Below are positions 1 through 9,128 of a DNA stretch of 64,000 nt, one piece after another (within the stretch, counting starts at the first letter, position 1; each line of letters opens with the position of its first letter). The translations under genes were made by a program, and so were the position numbers. Origin of the DNA: Longimicrobiales bacterium (GTDB lineage Bacteria > Gemmatimonadota > Gemmatimonadetes > Longimicrobiales > Gaopeijiaceae); assembly GCA_965249725.1 (NCBI GenBank), contig CBDFMQ010000002.1, positions 2,432,001-2,496,000 on the forward strand, read 5' to 3'. Under the pieces are notes generated by a model, which saw only the letters and a list, made by a program, of their open reading frames with translations, ran no database searches and was not told the origin of the DNA.

Positions 1-203
1 CGTCCGTCGGGCGAGATCTGCGGGCCGCTGACGCTCTCCATCTCCAGATAGGTGTCGGTGTCCAGGAGACGGTAGCTCGCCCCGGCCTGCCCGGCGGCGG
101 CCGTAGGACCGAAGACCGTGACACCCAGCGCGGTCGCCAAAGCCAACAGGAAAGTCGGCGGCGCCACCGTACTGCGTATCGGCCACATCGCTCTGTTTCG
201 CAT
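1..203 (-). CDS. Secreted S9-family (prolyl oligopeptidase/acylaminoacyl) peptidase, N-terminal fragment running off the window
   Basis: Manual translation from ATG 203: MRNRAMWPIRSTVAPPTFLLALATALGVTVFGPTAAAGQAGASYRLLDTDTYLEMESVSGPQISPDG. Signal peptide followed by the 'vs.pqiSPDG' start typical of S9C propellers; GAGGGGG RBS upstream. The catalytic domain is not in the window. Confidence 0.6.
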   Translation of the reverse strand, partial: MRNRAMWPIRSTVAPPTFLLALATALGVTVFGPTAAAGQAGASYRLLDTDTYLEMESVSGPQISPDG

Positions 204-263
204 CGAAATCCCCCTCATTCGGGTCGTTCTGAGACTCGCGCCGACGATCATCAAGCGGCCCGC

Positions 264-1898
264 CTACCGGCCGAATCGATACGTCGGTCCGAAGTAGTAT
301 GGCTCCCCCGGCCTCCCCCGCTCCCGGTATACCGGATGCTCGTCGTCGAGCGACGGCATGCCGTCCAACTCCGAGAGGTGCCAGGCCAACCGCACCGCCC
401 GCTTCGCCATCTCGGCCGGCGACTCCATGGTGAACGTTCGTTCGTCGAAGTTGTCGGCGGGCCGATGGCGCCACTCGTCGTAGTACTTGAGGCGATCGGC
501 CAGACCGACCTGCCAATCCCCGTCGACCGTATGCCCGGGCTTGAGGTCGATCGCCGGTACGCCCGCCAGAAGGAAGGGGTAGTGATCAGACGAGAAGCCG
601 ACGAGGCTCGTGAGCGCACGATCCCGCTCCATGACGCCAACGCCCGTCTCGGCCATGACGTCTCGTACGATGCGCCGCAGATCCGAGAGGTCCGCGGCGT
701 TGTCGATCACGTCCTCGGTGGCCACACCCTCCCTTCCGCCGTCCTGGTTGATGTTGGCGACCATCCGTTCGACCGGAAACGCCGGGTTGCGGACGTAGTA
801 CCACGATCCCAGGAGCCCCCGCTCCTCCGCCCCCACTGCGGCGAACACCACGGACCGGCGGGCTCGTAGGCGCACCATCGCCTCAGCTGCGGCCAAGAGC
901 TTCGCGCTGCCGATCGCATTGTCGTGCGCACCGTTGTTGATGGAGTCTCCTGATGCGTTCGGGGATCCGATCCCCACGTGGTCCAGGTGCGACGTAAAGA
1001 CGATGGACTCGTCCCGGTGCGCCGGATCCGTTCCCGGCACGATGCCGACGACGTTCCAGCTCCGCACGGGCTCGAGTCGGTGCGTTCGAGTCAGGCCGAC
1101 CGACTCGACAGAGGCGGCACGACTCTCGCCCAAGTCCGCGAGCGCGGTCGCCTCACCGGGGTCGATGCCCCACGCCTCGAGTAGCCGCCAGCTCCCTTCC
1201 GCCGTGACGGTCGCGTGGGCCCGGACTCTCGGTGCGGTCCCGTCCGCGAGGGCCAGGACACGGCGTGGATTGCCGGGTGGCTGCGAAGGTCGAGAGACGG
1301 CGGGATCTCGAGGCGTGCTCAACTGGACGACCACGGCCGCACCTCGCCGGATCGCGATCTCGACTGCCGCGTTGGCGGCGCGAGCCCGATTCCGGTCGGC
1401 GGCCCACTCCTCGGGCTGGCCCCTGAGCAGGAAGACCGCCTTGCCGGACACGTCGGCGCCCATGTAGTCGTCGCGTCCGTGGGTCGCGAGCCCGTAGCCG
1501 ACGTAGACCCCCTCGCCCGTCCAGCTCGCCGAGCCGTCGAGCCACGACGGCTCGAACCTCGCGTCGGGCTCCTGCAGGCGAAGGTCCCCCGCCCGAAGCT
1601 CACTCCCGAGATCCTCCACGGCCTCCAACAGATCGAACGGCTGTAGGTACGAATCTCCGTCGAGGGGGGTCAGACCGATGCGGCCGAACTGCGTAGCCAC
1701 GTATTCCTTGGCGATCTCGAATCCGCGGTCATTGGTGTCGCGACCGCGGAGCATGTCGTGCGAGAGAAACCTCACATGGCTTTTCACGAGCGCGGGGGTG
1801 ACCACGTCCAGGGCCTCGGCGACCGGATCGTGCTCCTGGCAGGCGCTAGCCCCCGTCAGGGACACCCCAAGCGTCACGTAGACCCAAGTCGTCCGCAT
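264..1898 (-). CDS. M28-family aminopeptidase with PA domain, probable lipoprotein
   Basis: Motifs SHLDHVG, NGAHDNAIG, AEERGLLGS, NINQD, SDHYPF; lipobox-like LTGASAC. Start placed at MRTTW (1898). Confidence 0.9.
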   Translation of the reverse strand: MRTTWVYVTLGVSLTGASACQEHDPVAEALDVVTPALVKSHVRFLSHDMLRGRDTNDRGFEIAKEYVATQFGRIGLTPLDGDSYLQPFDLLEAVEDLGSELRAGDLRLQEPDARFEPSWLDGSASWTGEGVYVGYGLATHGRDDYMGADVSGKAVFLLRGQPEEWAADRNRARAANAAVEIAIRRGAAVVVQLSTPRDPAVSRPSQPPGNPRRVLALADGTAPRVRAHATVTAEGSWRLLEAWGIDPGEATALADLGESRAASVESVGLTRTHRLEPVRSWNVVGIVPGTDPAHRDESIVFTSHLDHVGIGSPNASGDSINNGAHDNAIGSAKLLAAAEAMVRLRARRSVVFAAVGAEERGLLGSWYYVRNPAFPVERMVANINQDGGREGVATEDVIDNAADLSDLRRIVRDVMAETGVGVMERDRALTSLVGFSSDHYPFLLAGVPAIDLKPGHTVDGDWQVGLADRLKYYDEWRHRPADNFDERTFTMESPAEMAKRAVRLAWHLSELDGMPSLDDEHPVYRERGRPGEPYYFGPTYRFGR

Positions 1899-1905
1899 CA
1901 AGCGC

Positions 1906-3639
1906 TCAGCCTCCCCCGGTATTCGGAAGCGCAAAGTGGAAGGCTGCCCCCCCGTCGGGATTCTGCTCCGCCCACAGCCGACCGGAGTGGGCCTCGATTA
2001 TCGACCGACTGATCGAGAGACCCATCCCCAGGCCGTTCGGCTTTGTCGTAAAGAAAGGATCAAACATGTTCTCGGCGATGGAAGGCTCGAGTCCGACCCC
2101 TTCGTCGAGCACGACCACCTCGGCCTCCTCGGCACCCCTGTTGCACGTCCGGATGGTCACCCTGCGCGGGGCGGCACTATCGTCTTGGGTCGCGTCGATG
2201 CTGTTCAGAAGGAGGTTCATCAGAACCTGCTGTAGCTGAATCCGATCGCCTTCCACGAGGGAAAGATCGGGGTCGAGATCCATCTCGAACAAGGTGTTGC
2301 TCAGGATCGCTTCTTTCCGCAGGAGGACCACCACTTCCTCCACGAGGCCATTCATGTGCAGCGGGGAGCGCTCCTGCTCGCCCTTTTCGAGCAAGGCCCG
2401 CATTCGCCGAATCACCTGTCCCGCTCGCCGAGCCTCATCAGAGATGTCGACCAACGCCGCGCGGGCCTCGTCACTGTTCGGCCGCTCGCCGTCCAGAAAG
2501 TACCCAACGGCTACCGCATTGGCTGCGATCGCCTTGAGCGGCTGATTCAACTCATGGGCCAACGATGCCGTGAGTTCTCCCATGGTGGCCACCCGTGAGA
2601 CGTGGGTGAGCTCTTCAGCGAGCCTTCCGGCGCCGGCCTCCCACTCCAGATCACCCAATACATTGGCAAACAACTGGCCCACGATGTTGTCTCGCTCCAT
2701 CAAGACGCTCGGCCAATCGGGCGAATCTCGATGAGTGAACGCAGCCACCGAGCCGAGTAGTCTTTCACCCTGAAGCAGGGGCATGGTAAGGCCCGCCTTC
2801 ACATGGTTCTCTTCGACGACTTCTCTGAAGGTCTCCCATCGACTGGGAATCTCCTCGACGTGTGCGAAGAAGTGCGCGTCCCCACCCTCTAAAAGGGTGA
2901 CCACGTCCGAGAACCCTCTCAGCCCCTCTCGCCGAACGGCTCGGAGCCTGGGTGTCTGTTCACCGCGGGTCCACTCATAGGCTCCGGCACTCACAGAGTC
3001 GTCGTCGGACATATGTATGAGAACACAACGGTCCGCGCCGAGGAACTTCCCCAAGTGCTCCAGTGCACGAACGATGGCCCCACGCAGCTGGGCGTGGGGC
3101 GCTTTGGCAAAGGCCGTCGACACATCCGAGACCATTTGCTGAAAGGCGAGGCGTTCCTCGAGTTTAGCGTTCGCAGCCTCAAGCTCCTCGGCCTTCTCAC
3201 GGAGCTTTGCCTCGGCCTCCTTCAGTTTCGTAATGTCGGTGTGCGCCCCAAGCAACCGGATCGGATTCCCCTCGGCATCTCGGATCGCGACGCCCCTGCA
3301 CCGCACCCACACCGTAGATCCATCGCGATGACGGTAGCGGACGACTTGATCGTATGGGTGTGTCGCATCGGAACAATGACTCTCAAAGTTCGCGATCACC
3401 CCCGGGAGATCCTCCTCGAAGATTAGGTCCTTCCACTCGGAAGTCAGGTGCTCGCGCTGACTAGGATCTTGTCCGAAAACCGTCCAAAAGCGGGGACTCA
3501 TCCACTCATGATTCGGGTTCTCAAGGTCCCAATACCAGATACCGTCCAGTGACCCCATTTGGATGAACTCGAATATGCTGCTATCGGACTTGATCAGTGT
3601 ATAGAGTTCATCTTTGAGATAGTGGTCGGCTTCGCTCAT
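1906..3639 (-). CDS. Cytoplasmic PAS-GAF sensor histidine kinase (FixL/NtrB-like transmitter)
   Basis: PAS_3/PAC (DGIWYWD...YRHRDGSTVWV...GAHTDIT), GAF-like middle region, H-box LAHELNQPL, N-box QVLMNLLLN, G boxes DEGVG/FFTTK/GLGMGL; no TM segment seen. Confidence 0.92.
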   Translation of the reverse strand: MSEADHYLKDELYTLIKSDSSIFEFIQMGSLDGIWYWDLENPNHEWMSPRFWTVFGQDPSQREHLTSEWKDLIFEEDLPGVIANFESHCSDATHPYDQVVRYRHRDGSTVWVRCRGVAIRDAEGNPIRLLGAHTDITKLKEAEAKLREKAEELEAANAKLEERLAFQQMVSDVSTAFAKAPHAQLRGAIVRALEHLGKFLGADRCVLIHMSDDDSVSAGAYEWTRGEQTPRLRAVRREGLRGFSDVVTLLEGGDAHFFAHVEEIPSRWETFREVVEENHVKAGLTMPLLQGERLLGSVAAFTHRDSPDWPSVLMERDNIVGQLFANVLGDLEWEAGAGRLAEELTHVSRVATMGELTASLAHELNQPLKAIAANAVAVGYFLDGERPNSDEARAALVDISDEARRAGQVIRRMRALLEKGEQERSPLHMNGLVEEVVVLLRKEAILSNTLFEMDLDPDLSLVEGDRIQLQQVLMNLLLNSIDATQDDSAAPRRVTIRTCNRGAEEAEVVVLDEGVGLEPSIAENMFDPFFTTKPNGLGMGLSISRSIIEAHSGRLWAEQNPDGGAAFHFALPNTGGG

Positions 3640-3868
3640 CGTTCATCATCCTTTGGAGGGGGCTTCGGCTTCTGGGTCACCAAAGTCTTCAGTCGCTCGA
3701 TCTTGCTCGGGTACCAGCGGGCAGCGCCTGTCTTTCACGCGTCTCCCCCGGGGGGGGAAATACTTCCGTGCCGTTCGCGCCGCGACATTTCCTCGCCGCG
3801 AGATCGTTCCGGCTTCACATCGAACACCGGCAAATCCGATAGACGACCCGCCCGAATGTTGGGCCTGG

Positions 3869-3884
3869 TACGACAAAGGAGTTA
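3869..3884. promoter_or_regulatory. Candidate LuxR/FixJ-type operator box TACGACAAAGGAGTTA
   Basis: Between the divergent HK and RR genes; matches boxes at 16168, 16192, 16213 and 17124. Confidence 0.5.
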
Positions 3885-3915
3885 GTCTTGGGCGGTTATC
3901 CGCAGTCATGTAACG

Positions 3916-4608
3916 ATGTCAGATATGAGTGCAAGTATGACGCAGAGTCCGAGGACCGACGGGTTTCAGCGTGTGGGAACCGTCTTCCTGGTGGACGACA
4001 ACACCGCGGTCCGAACCGCACTCGCCAGGGTCTTCCAGTCCGTGGGGTACGAGGTTCATCGGTTCGACTCCGCCAAAGCGTATCTCGAAGAGGTGTCCCC
4101 GGAAGATTCGGGATGTCTCGTGCTGGACATCAAAATGCCTGGCATGACCGGGCTCGACCTGCAAGAGCGGTTGTCCACCCTCGGATTCACAAACCCCATC
4201 ATCTTCATAACCGGCTATGGCAACGTTCCGGCCAGCGTTCGCGCCATGAAATGGGGCGCAGTGGACTTTCTCGAAAAGCCACTCGACCACCAGGAGTTGC
4301 TGGATGCGGTGGAACGGGCCGTGAAGCAGGATGCCGACGACAGGGAACGGCAAAGCGATCGGGCCGACGCCCGGCTCACGTTCGAACTCCTAACCCCGCG
4401 AGAGTTCGAGGTCATAACGTGCATGGTTGGCGGCATGCCGAACAGAGAAATCGCGCAGGAACTCGAGATCAGTGAGAAGACCGTTAAGATCCACCGTGGA
4501 CGTGTCATGAAGAAGATGGGGGCGCGGTCGCTGGCGGACCTCATGCGTATGGCTCGGGGCGCCGGCATCGAACATCGCCGGACGGACGCACCTCCGATTT
4601 CCACCTGA
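3916..4608 (+). CDS. FixJ/NodW-like response regulator (REC + LuxR HTH)
   Basis: FLVDDN, CLVLDIKMPGMTGLDL, ITGYG, AVDFLEKP, LTPREFEV...NREIAQELEISEKTVKIHRGRVMKKM. Start could be 3916, 3925 or 3937. Confidence 0.93.
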   Translation: MSDMSASMTQSPRTDGFQRVGTVFLVDDNTAVRTALARVFQSVGYEVHRFDSAKAYLEEVSPEDSGCLVLDIKMPGMTGLDLQERLSTLGFTNPIIFITGYGNVPASVRAMKWGAVDFLEKPLDHQELLDAVERAVKQDADDRERQSDRADARLTFELLTPREFEVITCMVGGMPNREIAQELEISEKTVKIHRGRVMKKMGARSLADLMRMARGAGIEHRRTDAPPIST

Positions 4609-4618
4609 TCGGCCGCGC

Positions 4619-6040
4619 CTACCGGATCACCTGCGGCTGGTCGGGGCTCTGATCCCACATCTGCGCGCTCGAGATGTTGGGCATGTTCCAGTCGTTCCCG
4701 TTCCAGCCCTGGAAGCCCTCCATCCTGAACGCCCAGAACCCGGTGTTGAAGTCGCTCACCACGATCAGACCGTCGGCATTGCGGACGTCCACACCCCAGG
4801 CCCCGTCGTAGATGTTGCCGGTAGTGGCGAAGGCAGAAAACAAAGCTTCGCCGTGGAGGCTGGGGCCCTGCCGCGTGTGGTAATACGCCTCGGTGAAGGG
4901 CCGCGTGGGATCCGTCATGTTGACGATCTGGAGTCCGTCGTCCTGGGCGGAGATGAAGACGTACGGCCACCGGACCTCATGGTTGTGGGTCGCACCCCCG
5001 AACTTTGCCATCCAAGCTCCGATCCCGGATCCCCTGACGATGTTGGGCGTCTGTCCCTCGGAGCCGGGAGGCTGCAGATCGAAGAAACGGATCGGGGAGT
5101 GCTGATAGGTGGGCCCGGACATGCCGAGCCCGTACCGTCCGTCCGGCGTGGGCGTGAAGGTGTGCCCGTTCGCGACTCCCGGGATGCCGGTGACCGAGGT
5201 GAGGAGCCGCGGGTTCTCGACGTCCGTGAAGTCGAAGACGTGGTAGCCCCCGGTCCCGGCGCCGTAGAAGCGATCCTGCCCGACGTCAGGCAGGAAGCCC
5301 AGGTACATGTCGTGCCACTCACGGGCGCGGGTGGCCGAGGGTTGGGGCACGCTGACCGCGGAGACCGGGTCGGTGTTGCCCGCCGCGACCTGCGCGATGT
5401 CGTACACGAAGGCGTCCTCCGACGTGGTCGTTGCGACCAGGAGTGAGCGGCCGTTTGAGTGCTTGTAGGTGAAGATGTTGTGAAAGCCCCCGGGCAGTCC
5501 TGGGACCCGCAGGTCCGCCACCTTGCGCACCGTCGACGCATCGGGTAACCCGGTCACGTCGAAGACCATCGCCCCTAGGTCGGCGTCGGGCCCGCCCTGC
5601 CCGAACTCGCACGAAACAATGAGGTAGTAGCGGCCCTCGGCCTTGGCGTACCTCGGATCGAGACATCCGGAGCCGAGGTGAAGATCGGGGTCGTCCACGA
5701 TGTAACGGTAGAGGACCTTCGGACGTTTCTCGTCCTCGAGGCTGATGGCGTAGAAGCCGGCCGCGCCCCCGCGTTGCGCGATGTAGACGAAAGGCCGATC
5801 GAGCTCCTGTTCGATCTCGATGTCGGCGTGGCTAAAGCGCTCGCCCGGGAGAGGAATGTGCGAGACGACCTCGATATTGGGGGTGCCGCGCAGACCCACC
5901 GTGTAGCCCGTCTCGGGCTGCAGGCAGGTGGGGTCGCCGAAGCAGGTCACCTGGGCTAGCGCACTCGAAGCCGAAAGGCCGACGGCGAGGGCTACCATGA
6001 TGAGCGCATACGGAACCGGCATCGCTATTCGCTGGTGCAT
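4619..6040 (-). CDS. Secreted LVIVD-like beta-propeller protein, copy 1
   Basis: Signal peptide ending ALA-Q; repeated blade motifs (FDVT...P, FDFTDVENP, VNMTDP, GAWGVD); His motifs FHN, WHD, GHT, HNHE. Confidence 0.75.
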   Translation of the reverse strand: MHQRIAMPVPYALIMVALAVGLSASSALAQVTCFGDPTCLQPETGYTVGLRGTPNIEVVSHIPLPGERFSHADIEIEQELDRPFVYIAQRGGAAGFYAISLEDEKRPKVLYRYIVDDPDLHLGSGCLDPRYAKAEGRYYLIVSCEFGQGGPDADLGAMVFDVTGLPDASTVRKVADLRVPGLPGGFHNIFTYKHSNGRSLLVATTTSEDAFVYDIAQVAAGNTDPVSAVSVPQPSATRAREWHDMYLGFLPDVGQDRFYGAGTGGYHVFDFTDVENPRLLTSVTGIPGVANGHTFTPTPDGRYGLGMSGPTYQHSPIRFFDLQPPGSEGQTPNIVRGSGIGAWMAKFGGATHNHEVRWPYVFISAQDDGLQIVNMTDPTRPFTEAYYHTRQGPSLHGEALFSAFATTGNIYDGAWGVDVRNADGLIVVSDFNTGFWAFRMEGFQGWNGNDWNMPNISSAQMWDQSPDQPQVIR

Positions 6041-6076
6041 GGATCTCTCCCTGATATCAGGGCCCCCAAGGGGACA

Positions 6077-7501
6077 CTAGTTCCTCTGTTGTTGTGCAAC
6101 GTCGGGCTCTTCGTCCCAGAACTGAGCGCTCGAGATGTTGGGCATCGCCCAGTCGTTCCCGTTCCAGCCGTTGAAGCCTTCGAGTCTGAACGCCCAAAAG
6201 CCGGTGTTGAAATCGCTCACCACAATGAGTCCATCCGCGTTGCGGATGTCGACGCCCCAAGCGCCATCGTAGATGTTTCCCGTCGTGCCGTATGCTCCCC
6301 CGAACATGGCGTCACCGTGAAGGCTGGGGCCCTGCCGCGTGTGATAGTAACCTTCGGTGAAAGGGTGCGATGGATCGGTCATGTTGACGATTTGCAGTCC
6401 GTCGTCTTGGGCGGAGATGAACACGTACGGCCACCGCATCTCGTGGTTGTGGGTCACGCCGCCGAACTTTGCCATCCAGGCTCCGATCCCCGACCCCCTG
6501 ACGATATTGGGCGTCTGTCCCTCCGACCCGGGCGGCTGCAGATCGAAAAAGCGAATCGGCGCATGCTGATAGGTCGGCTCGGACATCCCGAGGCCATATC
6601 GCCCGTCGGGCGTGGGCGTGAACGTGTGGCCGTTCACGGTCCCAGGGATGCCTGTGACCGATGTGAGAAGCCGAGGGTTCTCTACGTCCGTGACGTCGAA
6701 GACGTGATATCCCCCCGTGCCGGCCCCGTAGAAGCGGTCCTGAGCGGCGTCGGGGAGGAACCCGAGGTACACGTCGTGCCATTGTCGGGCGCGGTCGGCC
6801 GAGGGTTGGGGCACGCTGACCGCCGAGACCGGATCCGTGCTGCCCGCCGCGACCTGCGCGATGTCGTATATGAATGAGTCCTTCGACTGGGTGGTTGCGA
6901 CCAGGAGCGAGCGTCCGTTCGAGTGCTTGTACGTGAAGATGTTGTGGAAGCCCCCAGGCAGGCCCGGGACTCGTAGGTCTGCCACCTTGCGCACCGTCGA
7001 CGCATCGGGTAACCCGGTCACGTCGAAGACCATCGCCCCCAGGTCGGCGTCGGGCCCGCCCTGCGCGAACTGGCAGGACACGATCAGGTAGTACCGCCCC
7101 TCCGCCTTGGCGTACTTCGGATCGAGACATCCGGAGCCGAGGTGGAGATCGGGGTCGTCTACGATGTAACGGTAGAGGACCTTCGGAGTCTGCTCGTCTT
7201 CGAGGCTGATCGCGTAGAAGCCGGCCGCGCCGAAACGCTGTGCGATGTAAACGAAGGGCCGATCCAGCTCCTGCTCGATCTCGATGTCGGCGTGGCTAAA
7301 GCGCTCGCCGGGCAGCGGAATGTGCGAGACGACCTCGACGTTCGGCGTACCGCGGTGCCCCACAGGGTAGCCCGTCTCGGGCTGCACGCAGGTTGGGTCC
7401 CCGAAGCACGTCACCTGCGCCGGTGTGCGGGAGGCCGTGAGGCTCATGGCGATCGCCGCCAAGGCGAGCACATTCAATACGGGCGAGGTTCGCTGGTGCA
7501 T
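6077..7501 (-). CDS. Secreted LVIVD-like beta-propeller protein, copy 2
   Basis: Collinear paralog of copy 1; mature N-terminus QVTCFGDPTC; RBS AGGAG. Confidence 0.75.
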   Translation of the reverse strand: MHQRTSPVLNVLALAAIAMSLTASRTPAQVTCFGDPTCVQPETGYPVGHRGTPNVEVVSHIPLPGERFSHADIEIEQELDRPFVYIAQRFGAAGFYAISLEDEQTPKVLYRYIVDDPDLHLGSGCLDPKYAKAEGRYYLIVSCQFAQGGPDADLGAMVFDVTGLPDASTVRKVADLRVPGLPGGFHNIFTYKHSNGRSLLVATTQSKDSFIYDIAQVAAGSTDPVSAVSVPQPSADRARQWHDVYLGFLPDAAQDRFYGAGTGGYHVFDVTDVENPRLLTSVTGIPGTVNGHTFTPTPDGRYGLGMSEPTYQHAPIRFFDLQPPGSEGQTPNIVRGSGIGAWMAKFGGVTHNHEMRWPYVFISAQDDGLQIVNMTDPSHPFTEGYYHTRQGPSLHGDAMFGGAYGTTGNIYDGAWGVDIRNADGLIVVSDFNTGFWAFRLEGFNGWNGNDWAMPNISSAQFWDEEPDVAQQQRN

Positions 7502-7533
7502 GGATCACTCCTGAGTGTTCGTCAACCAGGTTT

Positions 7534-8946
7534 CTAGTTCATCGGTGGCGCATCGTTGGGCCCGTCGTCCCAAAACTGAGCGCTCGAGACGTTGGGCATC
7601 GCCCAGTCGTCCCCGTTCCAACCGTTGAAGCCGTCGAGCCGGAAGGCCCAGAATCCAGTGTTGAGGTCACTCACCACGATGAGCCCGTCCGCGTTGCGGA
7701 TGTCCACGCCCCAGGCGCCGTCGTAGATGTTGCCTGTGGTCGCGTTGCCCGTCGGGTCGCCAAAGAGCGCGGGGCCTTGCCGGGTGTGGTAGTAGGCTTC
7801 GGTGAAGGGGTGAGTGGGATCGGTCATGTTGACGATCTGGAGTCCGTCGTCCTGGGCGGAGATGAAGACGTACGGCCAACGCATCTCATGGTTGTGGGTC
7901 GCCCCCCCGAACTTGGCGATCCAGGCTCCCACCCCCGACCCCCTGACGATGTTGGGCGTCTGTCCCTCGGAGCCGGGAGGCTGCAGATCGAAGAAGCGGA
8001 TCGGCGAGTGCTGGTAGGTGGGCTCGGGCATGCCGAGCGCGTAGCGCCCGTCCGGGGTGGGCGTGAAGGTGTGGCCGTTCTCGACCCCCGGTACGCCGGT
8101 AACGGAGGTGAGGAGCCGCGGGTTTTCCACGTCGGTGATGTCGAAGACGTGGAATCCCCCCGTTCCGGCGCCGTAGAAGCGATCCTGCTCGGCGTCGGGC
8201 AGGTAGCCCAGGTACATGTCGTGCCACTGGCGGGTGCGAGTGGCCGACGGTGAGGGGACGGCGATCGCCGACACTGGATCCGTGTTGCCCGCCCCGACCT
8301 GCGCCATGTCGTATACGAAGGCGTCCTTCGACTGTGTGGTCGCGACCAGCAGAGACCGGCCGTTGGTGTGTCTGTAGGTGAAGATGTTGTGAAAGCCTCC
8401 GGGTAGACCCGGCGGTCGGAGGTCGGCGACCTTCCGCACGCTGGAACCGTCCGGTAACCCGGTCACGTCGAAGACCATCGCTCCCAGGTCGAAGTCGGGC
8501 CCGCCCTGCCCGAACTGGCAGGACACGATCACGTAGTAGCGGCCCTCCGCCTTGGCGTACTTGATGTCCACGCATCCCGTGCCGAGGTGCAGGTCGGGGT
8601 CGTCCACGATGTAGCGGTACAGGACCTCAGGATGCTCCTCGTCCTCAAGGCTGATGGCATAGAAACCCGACCCGTTGAGCCGCTGCGAGATGTACACGAA
8701 CGGCCGATCCATCTCCTGCTCGATCTCGATGTCGGCGTGGCTGAAGCGCTGCCCGGGTAGCGGGATGTGTGAGACGACATCGATGTTGGGCGTACCTCGT
8801 TGGCCCACTGCGTAGCCCGTCTCCGGTTGAATGCAGGTAGGGTCGCCGAAGCACGTCACCTGGGCGTGGGCACTGGCAGCCATGAGGCCGACAGCGAGGG
8901 CCGACACCGCGAGCGTAACCGGAGTCGGTATTGTTCGCTTTCGCAT
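7534..8946 (-). CDS. Secreted LVIVD-like beta-propeller protein, copy 3
   Basis: Collinear paralog; signal peptide AHA-Q; RBS AGGAG. Confidence 0.75.
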   Translation of the reverse strand: MRKRTIPTPVTLAVSALAVGLMAASAHAQVTCFGDPTCIQPETGYAVGQRGTPNIDVVSHIPLPGQRFSHADIEIEQEMDRPFVYISQRLNGSGFYAISLEDEEHPEVLYRYIVDDPDLHLGTGCVDIKYAKAEGRYYVIVSCQFGQGGPDFDLGAMVFDVTGLPDGSSVRKVADLRPPGLPGGFHNIFTYRHTNGRSLLVATTQSKDAFVYDMAQVGAGNTDPVSAIAVPSPSATRTRQWHDMYLGYLPDAEQDRFYGAGTGGFHVFDITDVENPRLLTSVTGVPGVENGHTFTPTPDGRYALGMPEPTYQHSPIRFFDLQPPGSEGQTPNIVRGSGVGAWIAKFGGATHNHEMRWPYVFISAQDDGLQIVNMTDPTHPFTEAYYHTRQGPALFGDPTGNATTGNIYDGAWGVDIRNADGLIVVSDLNTGFWAFRLDGFNGWNGDDWAMPNVSSAQFWDDGPNDAPPMN

Positions 8947-9128
8947 GGATCACTCCTAACGTACTTGAAGCCTTGATAGAATACGTTCAGGTGGTGACGG
9001 GCTGGACATGGTCCGTCTGTTGGGCCGCTCGACGGTACTGCCCACCACCGACATTTGGGCGCGCACCGCCTTCTACGCCGACGGAGCCAGGGACGCAGCA
9101 GCAGCTATCAACCCGCGCATGATCCCCC

